Position numbers and translations under genes: made by a program
In this document: piece after piece, positions 1-10,252 of the stretch
Layout of the letters: every line of letters starts with the position of its first letter
Position numbering within the stretch: position 1 is the stretch's first letter
Origin: Candidatus Multivorans sp.
GTDB lineage: Bacteria > Acidobacteriota > Thermoanaerobaculia > Multivoradales > Multivoraceae
NCBI GenBank assembly: GCA_965247095.1
Contig: OZ251997.1
Location: 1,152,001-1,216,000 of the forward strand
Reading direction: 5' to 3'
DNA: 64,000 nt
Notes under the pieces: generated by a model
Told to the model about the DNA's origin: nothing
Databases searched by the model: none
What the model saw: only the letters and a program-made list of their open reading frames with translations

Positions 1-2517
1 GGTCTGCCGCCTCAGGGCCCCGAGTTCGCGGGTGGCCGCCTCCTGTTGCGCCAGTAGCGGCACCGATACGAACAGACCTGATTCCCCCGGACGCTCCTCC
101 CCCAGGGACACCGGGGTGTACAGCTCCAGGTAGGAGGCACCCCGGCCCGCCGTCTGGACGCGGGCGGCAGTCGGGTGGCCGAGCAGCGCCAGCCTGCTGT
201 ACACGTTCCCGGGAATGCGCTTCGGCATCAGGCCGGCGGTGAAGAGGTCCGGCTTGCTCGATGCGTAGACGCTGCCTCGCCAGTACAGGTTCACTTCGTG
301 CCCCACGACTTCCGCGAGCCAGGCCAGGAGCTCGTCGTCCAACTGGGCGTCCATCGAGAATCCCGCCTCCAGACCGAGGAGAAAGTCCGTCAGAACGTAC
401 TCGAGAGACACGAGGGCAGTACGGCCGGCTACTTCCTGCTCGGCCTGCATCCGGGCGCCGAGATTGCGGAAGAGCAACCCGTTGAGCAGCGTCAGCGGCA
501 CGATCGCGATCAGAGCGAGCACGGCCGTGAGCCGGACCGAGTAGCGTCGGATATCGGGCAGGAGGCTCCCACGCAGTTTCGCTGTCGGCAGGCCGATCAG
601 GAGGACGGCGATCGCCACGGCAGACACAGCCAGCACCAGCCGCGCGGCGACCGTAGCGATCCTCCAGAGGCGCTCCGCCACCGCCTGCTCGGGCAGCAGC
701 GCGACAACCCAGAGGCCTTCGAGGCTGGTGGGACTGAACCAGGCCAAGGCCGGTCCAGCCGGTGTCTCGACGCGCATGGTCCGGCGCGGATCCACAGCCT
801 CCGAAGGCGCCGGCAACAGCCAGTCCTCCTGCCACGGTGAGACAAGCGGCCGTCCCGCGCCGTCGACATAGGCGAGGAGCGCCCTTCCCGGCGGATTCGA
901 GCCGCTCCGGCTTTGGCCCGGGCCACCCCGGAGCAGGCGCAGCTCGAGTGCGGCGCCAGCTCCCGAGGTCACGCTGCTCCAGACATCGACCTCCGGAAAA
1001 GCCGCCGTCCAGTAGCGGACCGCACCCCAGTCCTGTCCCGCGGAAACCACCGTGACCTCGCCCGACGCGCTGCGCTGCTGCTGCCAGACCGGCAGGCCGC
1101 CGCGCGGCCAGCGCGCGCTGCCGACCGCGAGGTCGCCGGTCGCCGCGTCGACCGGCAAGCCGTAGGAGAAAGTCGAAACCTCGTCCTCCCGGATCACGGC
1201 GAGAGCCGAGAACGTCTCGGAAGCGGCCAGGGGCGACCGGCGCCAAAGCTCCAGAGCCAGATCCTGGTGATCGTCGAGCTCGTTCGGATCGCCCAGGGCC
1301 AGTTCCCTCAAGTCGCTCGCGGTCACGAAGGCACTCGCTCTTCGCGCCAGCGCCGCGACTTCCTCGGGATCCGGAGCATCGAGACCGTCTCGAACACCCT
1401 CGGATAGCAGCGCACGCAGAGCGGGCGTGTGCGTGGCTTCGGCAAGCAGGCCGACACCGATAGCCGCCGCGGTCGCGGTCAGCAGAACGTGCATCCAGTC
1501 ACGGCCGTCCGGCCAACCGGCGGCCCAGAGCGCGGTCCCGGCGAGCAGAACCCAAGCCGTCAGCAGGACCACCCAGTGCCCGATCGGGCCCCCGAATGAA
1601 CCTCCCAGATCCGCCGGCGCCCCCGCCGCGTCGGTCCCCCAGATCTGCCACCGATAGAGCCCGTAGCCCACTGCCGAGCAGGCCCCGGTCAGGCCAAGCG
1701 CCGCCGCCGCGGGCCGCGGCCTCATAGGCGCCCCACTGCTCCAGCGGCGGAAGGCCCAGACAAGCGACAAGCCGACGCCGAGAGTGAGCACCGCCAGGGC
1801 GAGCGAGCCGGCGGCTCCTGATCTTCTCTCGGAGGCCGGCTCGAATCGCAACCGCAACCAGGGTCCCGGAACGCCGTCCGGCGGCGCGAGTTCTCGAATA
1901 CCGTTTGCCTCCAGGGCCGGCGTCAGAGGTTCCGCGGAGTGATCCCGCACGGACCACCTGACGCCGTAGCGCCGCAGTCCGAACGGTGTTTGGACCGGCA
2001 ATGTGTCGGTCGGAAAACTGTTGCCGACGACCAACCGCCAGCCGCCCTCACCCGTGCTCATGTCGACAGCCGCGTACAACGAAACTGCCGTGAAGCCGGC
2101 GGTCTGGTTGATGCCTCCGGGCAGGAGGCGATCGAGGGGAAGATCGTGCCTCAGCCCTGAGCCGCCCCAGGCCTGGGCCAGGCCGTCGGAATCGACCAGG
2201 ACCAGGGTGCGGCCGCCCGCGCGACCGGCCCGATCCAACTCCTCGAACACACTCTGTCTGGCCTGCGCCGAGCCGAGCGGGACCGTCCCGGTCCGGCGGA
2301 CACCCTCCGCCGCGCGTTCGGCGTCCGCCAACAGCTCCAGCAGCAGTTCCTGGTAGGCCGTTTCCATCGCGGCGATCTGCCCCCGAGTCGGAAGCGGCGG
2401 CTCGTCGCTCCGCGACCATCGCTCGACCGCCAACAGGATCGCGGCCAGCGCGAACAGGCCGACGACGATGCGAAGCTCAGCAGTCCCCCCGCCGCGCTCG
2501 TCCGCGGAGGCCGCCAT
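1..2517 (-). CDS. Large multi-pass membrane protein, probable sensor histidine kinase (3' part outside window)
   Basis: Not in the ORF track because it runs off the edge. Manual translation from ATG 2517 gives MAASADERGGGTAELRIVVGLFALAAILLAV; the same frame at the edge reads ASSKPDLFTAGLMPKRIPGNVYSRL...LFVSVPLLAQQ, resembling the region before TM/HAMP in NtrY-like kinases. The middle was not checked codon by codon, and the kinase core is not visible. Confidence 0.55.
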   Translation of the reverse strand, partial: MAASADERGGGTAELRIVVGLFALAAILLAVERWSRSDEPPLPTRGQIAAMETAYQELLLELLADAERAAEGVRRTGTVPLGSAQARQSVFEELDRAGRAGGRTLVLVDSDGLAQAWGGSGLRHDLPLDRLLPGGINQTAGFTAVSLYAAVDMSTGEGGWRLVVGNSFPTDTLPVQTPFGLRRYGVRWSVRDHSAEPLTPALEANGIRELAPPDGVPGPWLRLRFEPASERRSGAAGSLALAVLTLGVGLSLVWAFRRWSSGAPMRPRPAAAALGLTGACSAVGYGLYRWQIWGTDAAGAPADLGGSFGGPIGHWVVLLTAWVLLAGTALWAAGWPDGRDWMHVLLTATAAAIGVGLLAEATHTPALRALLSEGVRDGLDAPDPEEVAALARRASAFVTASDLRELALGDPNELDDHQDLALELWRRSPLAASETFSALAVIREDEVSTFSYGLPVDAATGDLAVGSARWPRGGLPVWQQQRSASGEVTVVSAGQDWGAVRYWTAAFPEVDVWSSVTSGAGAALELRLLRGGPGQSRSGSNPPGRALLAYVDGAGRPLVSPWQEDWLLPAPSEAVDPRRTMRVETPAGPALAWFSPTSLEGLWVVALLPEQAVAERLWRIATVAARLVLAVSAVAIAVLLIGLPTAKLRGSLLPDIRRYSVRLTAVLALIAIVPLTLLNGLLFRNLGARMQAEQEVAGRTALVSLEYVLTDFLLGLEAGFSMDAQLDDELLAWLAEVVGHEVNLYWRGSVYASSKPDLFTAGLMPKRIPGNVYSRLALLGHPTAARVQTAGRGASYLELYTPVSLGEERPGESGLFVSVPLLAQQEAATRELGALRRQT

Positions 2518-2585
2518 CGGTCAGTCGCTGCCAAACGCGCTGTGAACCCGACGCATGCTGTATGCCCCACGCATCAAAGAGGATT

Positions 2586-3248
2586 CTACGCCTCTGTCGC
2601 CCGCACCGACCGGAGAATCCGGGCCACGATCCGATCGGCCTCACCGGTCGAAGTATCGATCATCTCGTAGCTTGCATCGCGCCGCAGCGGCGAGGCGCTG
2701 CGGCGGCTGTCGCGCTCGTCCCGGGCCTCGATCTCCCGCCTGAGCCGCTCGCGGTCGCCGGCATCCTGGCCGCCAAGTTGGCGCAGACGTCTCTCCGTCC
2801 GGACTTCGAGCGGCGCGTCGAGAAAGAACTTGTGCCTCGTCTGGGGGAACACGACCGTGCCGATGTCGCGGCCCTCGACCACCGCGCCCTCCCTGGCAGC
2901 GAACTCCCGCTGCTTTGCGACCAGCCAGGAACGCACCTGGGAATGAACCGCGACCCGCGAGGTCGCCGCGTCGACCCGGGGAGTTCGAAGCCGGGGTCCC
3001 GGAGCGAAGCCGTCGATGACCACCTCCGCTTCGGCTGCCCGGATACGCAGCTCGAACCCGATCCTCCCGATCAACTCCACCATCGCCGACTCCTCGGCCG
3101 GGTCAAGACCGTCCTTCAGCGCCTTCCACGCGACCGCACGGTACATGGCGCCCGTGTCGAGATAGGGAACGCTGAGTTCCGCCGCGACCCTCCGGGCCAC
3201 GGTGCTCTTGCCGACGCCGGCCGGGCCGTCGATGGCGACAATCGTCAC
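2586..3248 (-). CDS. cmk: Cytidylate kinase
   Basis: IVAIDGPAGVGKST P-loop, YLDTGAMYRA, VEGRDIGTVVFP. Confidence 0.97.
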   Translation of the reverse strand: MTIVAIDGPAGVGKSTVARRVAAELSVPYLDTGAMYRAVAWKALKDGLDPAEESAMVELIGRIGFELRIRAAEAEVVIDGFAPGPRLRTPRVDAATSRVAVHSQVRSWLVAKQREFAAREGAVVEGRDIGTVVFPQTRHKFFLDAPLEVRTERRLRQLGGQDAGDRERLRREIEARDERDSRRSASPLRRDASYEMIDTSTGEADRIVARILRSVRATEA

Positions 3249-4060
3249 CGACGCCGTGGTCCCCGTCGGTGGCCGCCGCTGGAACGCTTTCCCGAGCTCG
3301 GCCCCGAACCGGCTCGCAGGGTCGCTACTTCTCCGGGCGAGAGCTCGCGCCAGCTCCCGGGTCGGAGTTCGGCATCCTCGAGACGGCCGATCGCCACCCG
3401 GCGCAGTCGTTGCACCGGGTGGCCGACGCGGAAGAACATCTCTCGTAACTGCCGGGTCCTCCCTTCACGCAGTTCCATCTCCCACCAACTCGACGACCGG
3501 GCGATCCTGCCTCCCCGTCGTGTTCGCACCTGGCGCGGCGTCACCGGCGCCGTTCGCCGGCCCGCGATGAACATGCCTCGTCCGAGTCGCTCGACCGCTG
3601 CCTTGCCGGGGAAACCCCGGACCTTGACCAGATACCGCTTGGAGCATCCGAAGCGGGGATGGGTCAGGCGGTTGGCGAGATCGCCGTCGTCGGTGAACAG
3701 GAGCAGACCTTCGGTTCCGTAGTCGAGCCGTCCGACGGGCTTGAGCCGTCCGCGCCACCTCTCGGGGAGGAGGTCCATGACCGTGGGGCGCCCTTCCGGG
3801 TCGCTGCGGGTCGTTACGTGGCCTGCCGGCTTGTTCAGCAAGACGTAGAGCGCCGCGGCAGTCTGCGAGATGGGTTCGCCGTCGACCCGCACCGTCTCCG
3901 TTCCCCTTCCCCGCTGCCCTACACGGTCGCCGAGCACCGCGACCCGATCGCCGATCGTGACCCGACCGGCTCGAATCAGATCCTCCGCGGCTCGGCGTGA
4001 GGCGACGCCGGCGCGGGACAGGATCTTCTGTAGCCGCTCTCCTCTCGGTTCCTCAGCCAT
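3245..4060 (-). CDS. rluB: rRNA pseudouridine synthase (RluB/RsuA family)
   Basis: ERLQKILSRAGVASRR S4 domain, VGRLDYGTEGLLL, EGRTRQLR; start placed at ATG 4060. Confidence 0.9.
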   Translation of the reverse strand: MAEEPRGERLQKILSRAGVASRRAAEDLIRAGRVTIGDRVAVLGDRVGQRGRGTETVRVDGEPISQTAAALYVLLNKPAGHVTTRSDPEGRPTVMDLLPERWRGRLKPVGRLDYGTEGLLLFTDDGDLANRLTHPRFGCSKRYLVKVRGFPGKAAVERLGRGMFIAGRRTAPVTPRQVRTRRGGRIARSSSWWEMELREGRTRQLREMFFRVGHPVQRLRRVAIGRLEDAELRPGSWRELSPGEVATLRAGSGPSSGKRSSGGHRRGPRRR

Positions 4061-4670
4061 CGATCGGTTCCGCCGGCGCAAAGGCAATCGCGGTCTGGGG
4101 CGGATCTTCCTCGGCTGCGGCCAGGAAGGTCTCTTCGAACTCCTCCAGCGGCGGTAGTTCAGAGAGCGAGCGCAGACCGAAGTGCAGCAGAAAGTCGCGC
4201 GTCGTGGCGTAGAGGAAGGGACTCCCGACGACTTCCTTGCGACCGGAGATCCGGATCAACCGGCGCTCGAGGAGAGTCTTCAACACGCCCGAGGAGTTCC
4301 TGCTCCGCAGCTCCTGGATCTCCGGGCTCGTGACCGGCTGGCGGTAGGCGACGATCGCCAGCGTCTCCACTGCCGCCATGGACAGCCTGCTGCGGCCGGC
4401 AACCTCGAAGAACTTGCGGAGGTAAGGGTGAAGGTCGGACCGGGTCACCAGACGGTACCCCCCGCCGGCACGGTCCAGGACGACGCCGCGGTTCGGCGGC
4501 GCGCCCGTACCGTCGACCCGGTAGCGGCCGAGAACCGCCTCCAGCGCCTCAGCCGCGCGTTCCCGATCCTGTTCGGGGAACACCTCGAGGAGCTTCGCCT
4601 CGGGTTGAGGATCGGGGCTGGCGAAGAGCAGCGCCTCGAACACCGCCTCCATCTCGGCCGTGTGGGTCAT
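4053..4670 (-). CDS. scpB: SMC-Scp complex subunit ScpB
   Basis: LSMAAVETLAIVAYRQPVT, LYATTRDFLLHFGLRSLSELP. Confidence 0.96.
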   Translation of the reverse strand: MTHTAEMEAVFEALLFASPDPQPEAKLLEVFPEQDRERAAEALEAVLGRYRVDGTGAPPNRGVVLDRAGGGYRLVTRSDLHPYLRKFFEVAGRSRLSMAAVETLAIVAYRQPVTSPEIQELRSRNSSGVLKTLLERRLIRISGRKEVVGSPFLYATTRDFLLHFGLRSLSELPPLEEFEETFLAAAEEDPPQTAIAFAPAEPIDG

Positions 4671-5470
4671 CCGGTGAGATCCTCCAGCAGAACCGGATCC
4701 AGCGCCCGCGTGGTGCGGAACAGGAAGACGGCGCCGGTGTCGGATGCGTGGAGCCGGACCAGGTTGAGCCGGGCCATCTCCAGCACCGCCAGGAAACAGG
4801 CGATCGCTTCCGCCCGGCTCGACAGCGCGAACAGGTCATCCTTCAGATCGAGCGACCGTCCACCCTCGAAGCGGCTGAGGAGCCGCTCGATCTGGCCCCG
4901 GACGGTAAAGGTCTCGCCCTCGTAGATCAGCGGACTGGGGTGCTCTTCGTCGTGGCGCTTCAGCACCCCGCGCAGCACCTGGAGCAGGTCGTACAGCGAC
5001 AGATCACCCATGTCGAACTCGTCGTCCTCACCGGGCCCCACGTTTTCCCTGGCGCCGCGGGTCCAGAGCCCATGGCGCAGGTCGTCGACTTCGGCCAGGG
5101 TCTGTGCAGCCTCCTTGAGCCGCTGGTACTCCAGCAACCGTTCGATCAGTTCCCGGCGCGGATCTTCCGGCGCCGCACCCGGCACGGGTTCGGGTTGCGG
5201 CAGCAACACTCTGGCCTTGAGCTGAATCAGGACCGCCGCTTCGTAGATGTACTCGGCGGCGATGTCGAGATCGAGTTCGTCCAGCAGGCCAAGGTACTCA
5301 TGGAACTGATCGCAGATCAGGGCAACCGGAATGTCCGTGATCTCGATCTCGCTGACTCGCACCAGGTGAAGCAACAGATCGAGGGGACCCTCGAACTCCG
5401 GTAGTTCGACCCGCCAGGAGGCCGGCAGCAAACTGGTTGCCGCCCGAGCGCTGGCGGGTCCTGAGATCAT
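4667..5470 (-). CDS. scpA: Segregation and condensation protein A
   Basis: FEGPLDLLLHLV, DPRRELIERLLEYQ, FLAVLEM. Confidence 0.96.
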   Translation of the reverse strand: MISGPASARAATSLLPASWRVELPEFEGPLDLLLHLVRVSEIEITDIPVALICDQFHEYLGLLDELDLDIAAEYIYEAAVLIQLKARVLLPQPEPVPGAAPEDPRRELIERLLEYQRLKEAAQTLAEVDDLRHGLWTRGARENVGPGEDDEFDMGDLSLYDLLQVLRGVLKRHDEEHPSPLIYEGETFTVRGQIERLLSRFEGGRSLDLKDDLFALSSRAEAIACFLAVLEMARLNLVRLHASDTGAVFLFRTTRALDPVLLEDLTG

Positions 5471-6666
5471 CTATCCCGATTCTTCCACACCGGCGGCGAC
5501 GATCCACCCACTCGCTCCACTGCCTCCAACCACTGCTGCGCGGCGTGCCGCGGCCGGTAGCCCTGGTCCAGGCGACGGCGTCCCGCCTCGCCACGCCGCC
5601 GCGATTCAGCGGGGTCGGACGTTGCCGCGATCAACGCGTCGGCGAGAGCGCTCGAGCGTTCCGGCGGCGCCAGCCAGCCGGTTTCCCCATCGACGACGAC
5701 CTCCGGAATGCCGCTGACGGCAGAGGCGATGACGGGGATTCCGTCGCCCATCGCCTCGAGGACCACCAGCGGCATGCCTTCGTAGGTGGAGGGAACGACG
5801 AGAGCCGTCGCGCGCTGCCGCAATTTGGCGACCTCCGACCGCGAGCAGCGGCCCGCGAAGCGTACGCTCGTTCCCAGCCGAAGGCTGCACGCCAGCGCGG
5901 ACAGGGACCCACGGCGCTCCCCGTCGCCCGCGATGACCAGCCGCGGCCGATGCCCCCGTTCACGTGCCGCCGCCAGGGCATGAAGCAGGATCTCGAACCC
6001 CTTGCGAATCCGCATCCGGCCGACCGCGAGCACGAACTGCTCCTGACCGGCAACCTCGTCACCCCGGCTTTTCCCGGTGTCGCGGTCGTCCGGGTGGTCC
6101 AGGGGCGCTCCCGTCACGTTCGGGACCACCTGAACGCCGGTGACCCCGTAGTCGAGCTCGATCTCCCTCGCAGTGACCCGGCTCGGAGCGAGACGCAGGT
6201 CGGCGCACCTGGCCGTGATCCGGCCCAGCGCGATGTGCAGAGGCGTGCGCAGCGAGCGGAAGACACGCTCGCTCATCGCGGGACGGGCAACCACCGCGGA
6301 GCGACGGTCGTAGTCGACCAGTGAACGGACCGCCAGGCGCTCGCGGACATAGCTCACCTGCTGGAGCGCGGCGAGCAGGGGCCGGTGGGCGCCGCCCCGT
6401 CGGGCAAGGTCCCGGATCACCAGACCGCCGTCGCTCTCGTGGACCTGGACCACGTCCGGCCGCCATTCGCTGACCCGGCGCGCGACGGCGCGCCGGGCGT
6501 ACCAGGGAAACGAGGTCTTCGAGACTTTCGGACCGCACCGGTCGCGACCCAGAACGTCCACGTCACAGCCGGCCTGCCGCAGGCCCCAGGCGAGCTGCAG
6601 CACCTGTTCGCCGGCGCCGGAGAGATCCCGCGGCGGCAGCACATTGGCGACCAGGAGGACCTTCAC
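5467..6666 (-). CDS. Glycosyltransferase family 4
   Basis: GTG start overlapping the recG stop (VKVLLVAN); VGRMRIRKG, PSTYEGMPLVVLEAM, GIPEVVVDGETG. Confidence 0.9.
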   Translation of the reverse strand: MKVLLVANVLPPRDLSGAGEQVLQLAWGLRQAGCDVDVLGRDRCGPKVSKTSFPWYARRAVARRVSEWRPDVVQVHESDGGLVIRDLARRGGAHRPLLAALQQVSYVRERLAVRSLVDYDRRSAVVARPAMSERVFRSLRTPLHIALGRITARCADLRLAPSRVTAREIELDYGVTGVQVVPNVTGAPLDHPDDRDTGKSRGDEVAGQEQFVLAVGRMRIRKGFEILLHALAAARERGHRPRLVIAGDGERRGSLSALACSLRLGTSVRFAGRCSRSEVAKLRQRATALVVPSTYEGMPLVVLEAMGDGIPVIASAVSGIPEVVVDGETGWLAPPERSSALADALIAATSDPAESRRRGEAGRRRLDQGYRPRHAAQQWLEAVERVGGSSPPVWKNRDR

Positions 6667-8801
6667 GGCTCGGCGGTCCCTTGCCTCGGCGCCCCGAGGG
6701 TGGGAATCCGGCGCTCCAATTGCCGCCGCAACGGCTCGTTCCCGGGCTCCGCGAGCCGGTCGAGGAGTCTGGCGGCGTCGGCACGCGCCGCCACCAGCCA
6801 CTTCCAGTCACGGGCCAGATCGCCGAAGCGGAACTGCGGCAGACCGGCCTGCCGCGTTCCGAGCACCTCACCGGGCCCGCGCTGACGGAGATCCTCCTCC
6901 GCGATCCGGAAACCGTCGTTCGATTCCTCGAACACAGCCAACCGCCGCTGTGCCTCGGTCGACGACCCACCGCAGACCGCGATGCAGATCGACTCCCCGA
7001 GCGTCTGGTCCGTACCGCGGCCGATGCGGCCTCGAAGCTGGTGCAGTTGGGCCAGTCCGAACCGCTCCGCACCGAGGATCACCATCGCGGTCGCCTCCGG
7101 TACATCAACGCCCACCTCGATCACGGTCGTCGCCAGCAGCACCCGGATCGAGCCCTCGGAGAACCGACTCATCGTCGCGTCGCGCTCTTCGCGCCCCAGA
7201 CGACCGTGGACGACCCCGTGAGGCCTTCCGAGCGCCTCGGCCCACCAGGAACCCGACTCCTCGAGAGAAGGCAACGTGGCAAAGCCCCCCTCGCCGGCGT
7301 CGATCAGGGGAAAGACGACGTATGCCCGGCCGCCGCGCCGAAGCCGCTCGCGGACCAGCGCCACCGCCTGATCCCGCTGGTCCCCGGTCATCACCCGGGT
7401 CTCGATCGGACTGCGGCCCGGCGGCATTTCATCGAGTATCGACACGTCGAGGTCACCGTACACGGTCAGCGCCAACGATCTCGGAATCGGCGTCGCGGTC
7501 ATGACCAGGAGATCGGGGCGCAACCCCTTCTCCGCCAGGGACTGGCGCTGTGCGACGCCGAAACGATGCTGCTCGTCGATCACCGCGAGGCCCAGCCGCG
7601 CGAAGCGCGTCCGCTCCTGGATCAACGCGTGGGTGCCGACGGTGAGGGCGACCCGGCCGTCGGCGATCCTGTCCTCCACTGCTCCGAAGCCGTTGCTGGC
7701 GATGCGCTGGCTGGAAGTCAGGAGGGCCAGCGTCAGGTGGGATCCCAGCAACCGCTCCAGGGAAGCGAAGTGCTGCTCGGCGAGCAGCTCCGTGGGCGCC
7801 ATCAGGGCCGACTGGAGGCCGCTCCGCGCCGCGACCAGGCAGGCCAGGGCGGCGATGACCGTCTTGCCGCTGCCGACATCGCCCTGTACCAGGCGGAGCA
7901 TCGGCATCCGCCCCGAGAGATCGGCCACGATCTCCTGCAGCACCCGTTCCTGGGCCCCGGTCAACTGGAATGGCAGCAGCTCCCGCGCCGGGCCCCAAAC
8001 AAGGTCACAGGTACGGTACCGGTGCGGCTTCCCTTGCCGGCTGCGCTGCCTGCGAACGGCGGCGAGCTGCAACTGCTGGAGCAGGAACTCGCCGTAGGCG
8101 AGGCGGGCATGGGCCGGACTGCGCCTCTCGTTCAGTTCTTCGACCGAAGCCTCCGGCGAGGGCCGATGAACCTCGGCCAGGGCTTCCGCCAGGCTGGGCA
8201 GCCCGTGCCGCGCCAGCTCCTCGCCGGGCAACCACTCGTCGATCCAGTTGGGGCCCCGGGTTTCCGTCAGGCCGTCCACGACCCCGGCCACCAGGCGTTC
8301 CACCCGCGAGGGCGGCACGTCGCCGATGCGGCCGTACACCGGCCGTACGCCACCGCCGAAGGCGGGCGCCTGCCCCACCCGTTCGACGGTCGGATTCGCC
8401 AGTTCCCAGACGCCGTCCCCACCCCTGCGTCTGGGCACGCCGTGGAGGAGGTACGACGCTCCCTCTTCCAACTGATTCAGCAGATACGGCCGGTTGAACC
8501 AGACCACGCCGGCCCGGTTCTCGCCGTCGTCCGCCATCGCCTCCACGCGCGAGAACCGACGGCGGGCGAACACCCGCCGGATCTTCTCCAGGCGCACCAC
8601 AACGGTCAGCGCCCCCGGCGGGCTGTCGGGCGAACCGTCCTCGCCCGGCCCGGGCAGGCGCCCAAGCGTGCGCCGGTCCTCGTAGCGGATGGGAAGATGC
8701 GCCAGCATGTCCGCTATCCGCCGGCAACCGGCCGCAGCCAGCTTGCGGCCCAACACGGGGCCCACACCGCGCGCACTGGTGATCGGGTCGCGCGCTTCCA
8801 T
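6663..8801 (-). CDS. recG: ATP-dependent DNA helicase RecG
   Basis: RLVQGDVGSGKT, DEQHRFGV, MTATPIPRSL, QLHQLRGRIGRG. Confidence 0.98.
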   Translation of the reverse strand: MEARDPITSARGVGPVLGRKLAAAGCRRIADMLAHLPIRYEDRRTLGRLPGPGEDGSPDSPPGALTVVVRLEKIRRVFARRRFSRVEAMADDGENRAGVVWFNRPYLLNQLEEGASYLLHGVPRRRGGDGVWELANPTVERVGQAPAFGGGVRPVYGRIGDVPPSRVERLVAGVVDGLTETRGPNWIDEWLPGEELARHGLPSLAEALAEVHRPSPEASVEELNERRSPAHARLAYGEFLLQQLQLAAVRRQRSRQGKPHRYRTCDLVWGPARELLPFQLTGAQERVLQEIVADLSGRMPMLRLVQGDVGSGKTVIAALACLVAARSGLQSALMAPTELLAEQHFASLERLLGSHLTLALLTSSQRIASNGFGAVEDRIADGRVALTVGTHALIQERTRFARLGLAVIDEQHRFGVAQRQSLAEKGLRPDLLVMTATPIPRSLALTVYGDLDVSILDEMPPGRSPIETRVMTGDQRDQAVALVRERLRRGGRAYVVFPLIDAGEGGFATLPSLEESGSWWAEALGRPHGVVHGRLGREERDATMSRFSEGSIRVLLATTVIEVGVDVPEATAMVILGAERFGLAQLHQLRGRIGRGTDQTLGESICIAVCGGSSTEAQRRLAVFEESNDGFRIAEEDLRQRGPGEVLGTRQAGLPQFRFGDLARDWKWLVAARADAARLLDRLAEPGNEPLRRQLERRIPTLGAPRQGTAEP

Positions 8802-8816
8802 CGTTGCGCGGCGGCT

Positions 8817-9797
8817 CTAGCCCAGCACCTCGAGCGTGGCGGCATCCGGATCGACCCGGACCCGCGCTCCCAACGGCAGCGTGTGATTGGGCGCCTCGTG
8901 GCCTGCCGGCAAACCGGCCAGGAGCGGCGCCCCGAGTGCGTCCGCAAAGTCGATCAGGCTGTCGCGCGCATCGCAGTTCGTGAAGTGACCGGCGACCACC
9001 GCCCGCACACCGGCCATGCGGCGGGACGTCCGGAGCTGGGTCAACAGGCGGTCGATGCGGTACTCGGGTTCGTCGATGTCCTCGAGCACGAGGATGGAAT
9101 CGCGGAAGTCGGGCAGGAAACCCGTCCCGACGGTCGCCGCCAGCATGGTCAGGCAGCCTCCGAGCAACCGCCCACAGATCGCCTCGGGTCGGCCGGCCGA
9201 CACGCCGGCAACAACCGGCGCCAACTGCCACGTTGTACCCCGCTTCCCGGCCAGCGCGTCGAGAAAGGACGTTCGTTCGTCCGGCCGGAGCCCACGCGCG
9301 AAGTCCACCACCATCGGGCCGTGGTACGCGACAGTCCGGGCGCGGGAGACGAGGGCCAAGAGTATGGGCGTCAGATCGGAGTAGCCCACGTAGGGCCGTG
9401 GCCGGGAGGCGAGCAGCGGCCAGTCGATCCTTTCCAGCAGCCTGAGCACGCCGTGCCCCCCACGGGCGAAGACGATTCCCGCTACCCTGTCGTCCGCCGC
9501 CAGTTCGTGGAACGCCGCCAGCCGCTGACCGTCGGCGCCCGCAAACAGCGCCCGCCCTTCGGGCGCCGCCCCGGCCCGAAGGTTGGACCCCAGCACCACC
9601 TCGAAACCGAGGTCTTCGAGCGCCGCTACGCCCGTCGACAGACGTTCATCGTCGATCGGGCCCGAGAGCGCGGCGATCCCGATCCGGTCGCCGGGCCGAA
9701 CCGCCGGCGGACGTCTCCCGCTGTCACGAAACCAAGGCGCGGCGCGACCTGGGATGGGCGCCGCGGTACGACCTCGAGAGCGGTTGGCGAAGGTCAA
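8817..9797 (-). CDS. LD-carboxypeptidase (peptidase S66)
   Basis: ARGGHG, VGYSDLT, GGCL, LEDIDE, PAGH; start uncertain. Confidence 0.9.
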   Translation of the reverse strand: MTFANRSRGRTAAPIPGRAAPWFRDSGRRPPAVRPGDRIGIAALSGPIDDERLSTGVAALEDLGFEVVLGSNLRAGAAPEGRALFAGADGQRLAAFHELAADDRVAGIVFARGGHGVLRLLERIDWPLLASRPRPYVGYSDLTPILLALVSRARTVAYHGPMVVDFARGLRPDERTSFLDALAGKRGTTWQLAPVVAGVSAGRPEAICGRLLGGCLTMLAATVGTGFLPDFRDSILVLEDIDEPEYRIDRLLTQLRTSRRMAGVRAVVAGHFTNCDARDSLIDFADALGAPLLAGLPAGHEAPNHTLPLGARVRVDPDAATLEVLG

Positions 9798-10218
9798 GTG
9801 CCGGAGGACCTCGTAAGCCGGATTCTGTTCGTCCCATCACCGTCAAGCGAGGGGAGGCGGCCATTCATCTCTGCGACCTACCCGGAGGGCGTCCCGGGCT
9901 GCGAACAGCCCGGGATCGGGACGGACAGCCCGATCCGCACTCCCTATTTGGTCTTGCTCCACATGGGGTTTACCATCGCCTCGCACCGTTGCCGGCCGAG
10001 CGGTGCGCTCTTACCGCACCGTTTCACCCTTGCCGGCCCTCCAGCACCCGAAGCCCGGATCGGACTCCGGAACCGTTGGACCGGCGGTCTGCTCTCTGTT
10101 GCACTTTCCGTCGCGTCGCCACGCCTTGCCGTTAGCAAGCATGCCGTCCGTTGGAGTCCGGACTTTCCTCCCCCGGCGGATACACCGCCGGGAGCGACCG
10201 CATCCGGTCCTCCGGCAC
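9798..10218 (-). ncRNA. rnpB: RNase P RNA, bacterial type A
   Basis: Minus strand has GAGGAAAGTCCGGACTC, GGAAAGTGCAACAGA, GTGAAACGGTGCGGTAAGAGCGCACC, GGTAAACCCC, ACAGAATCCGGCTTA; P1 is formed by terminal GTGCCGGAGGACC/GGTCCTCCGGCAC. Confidence 0.97.
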
Positions 10219-10252
10219 AGCGGAGGCTAGCAGCCCCCAAGCGACGACGCAC

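Noticed and set aside
9944-10252. 102-aa minus-strand ORF
   Set aside because: Lies within the RNase P RNA gene
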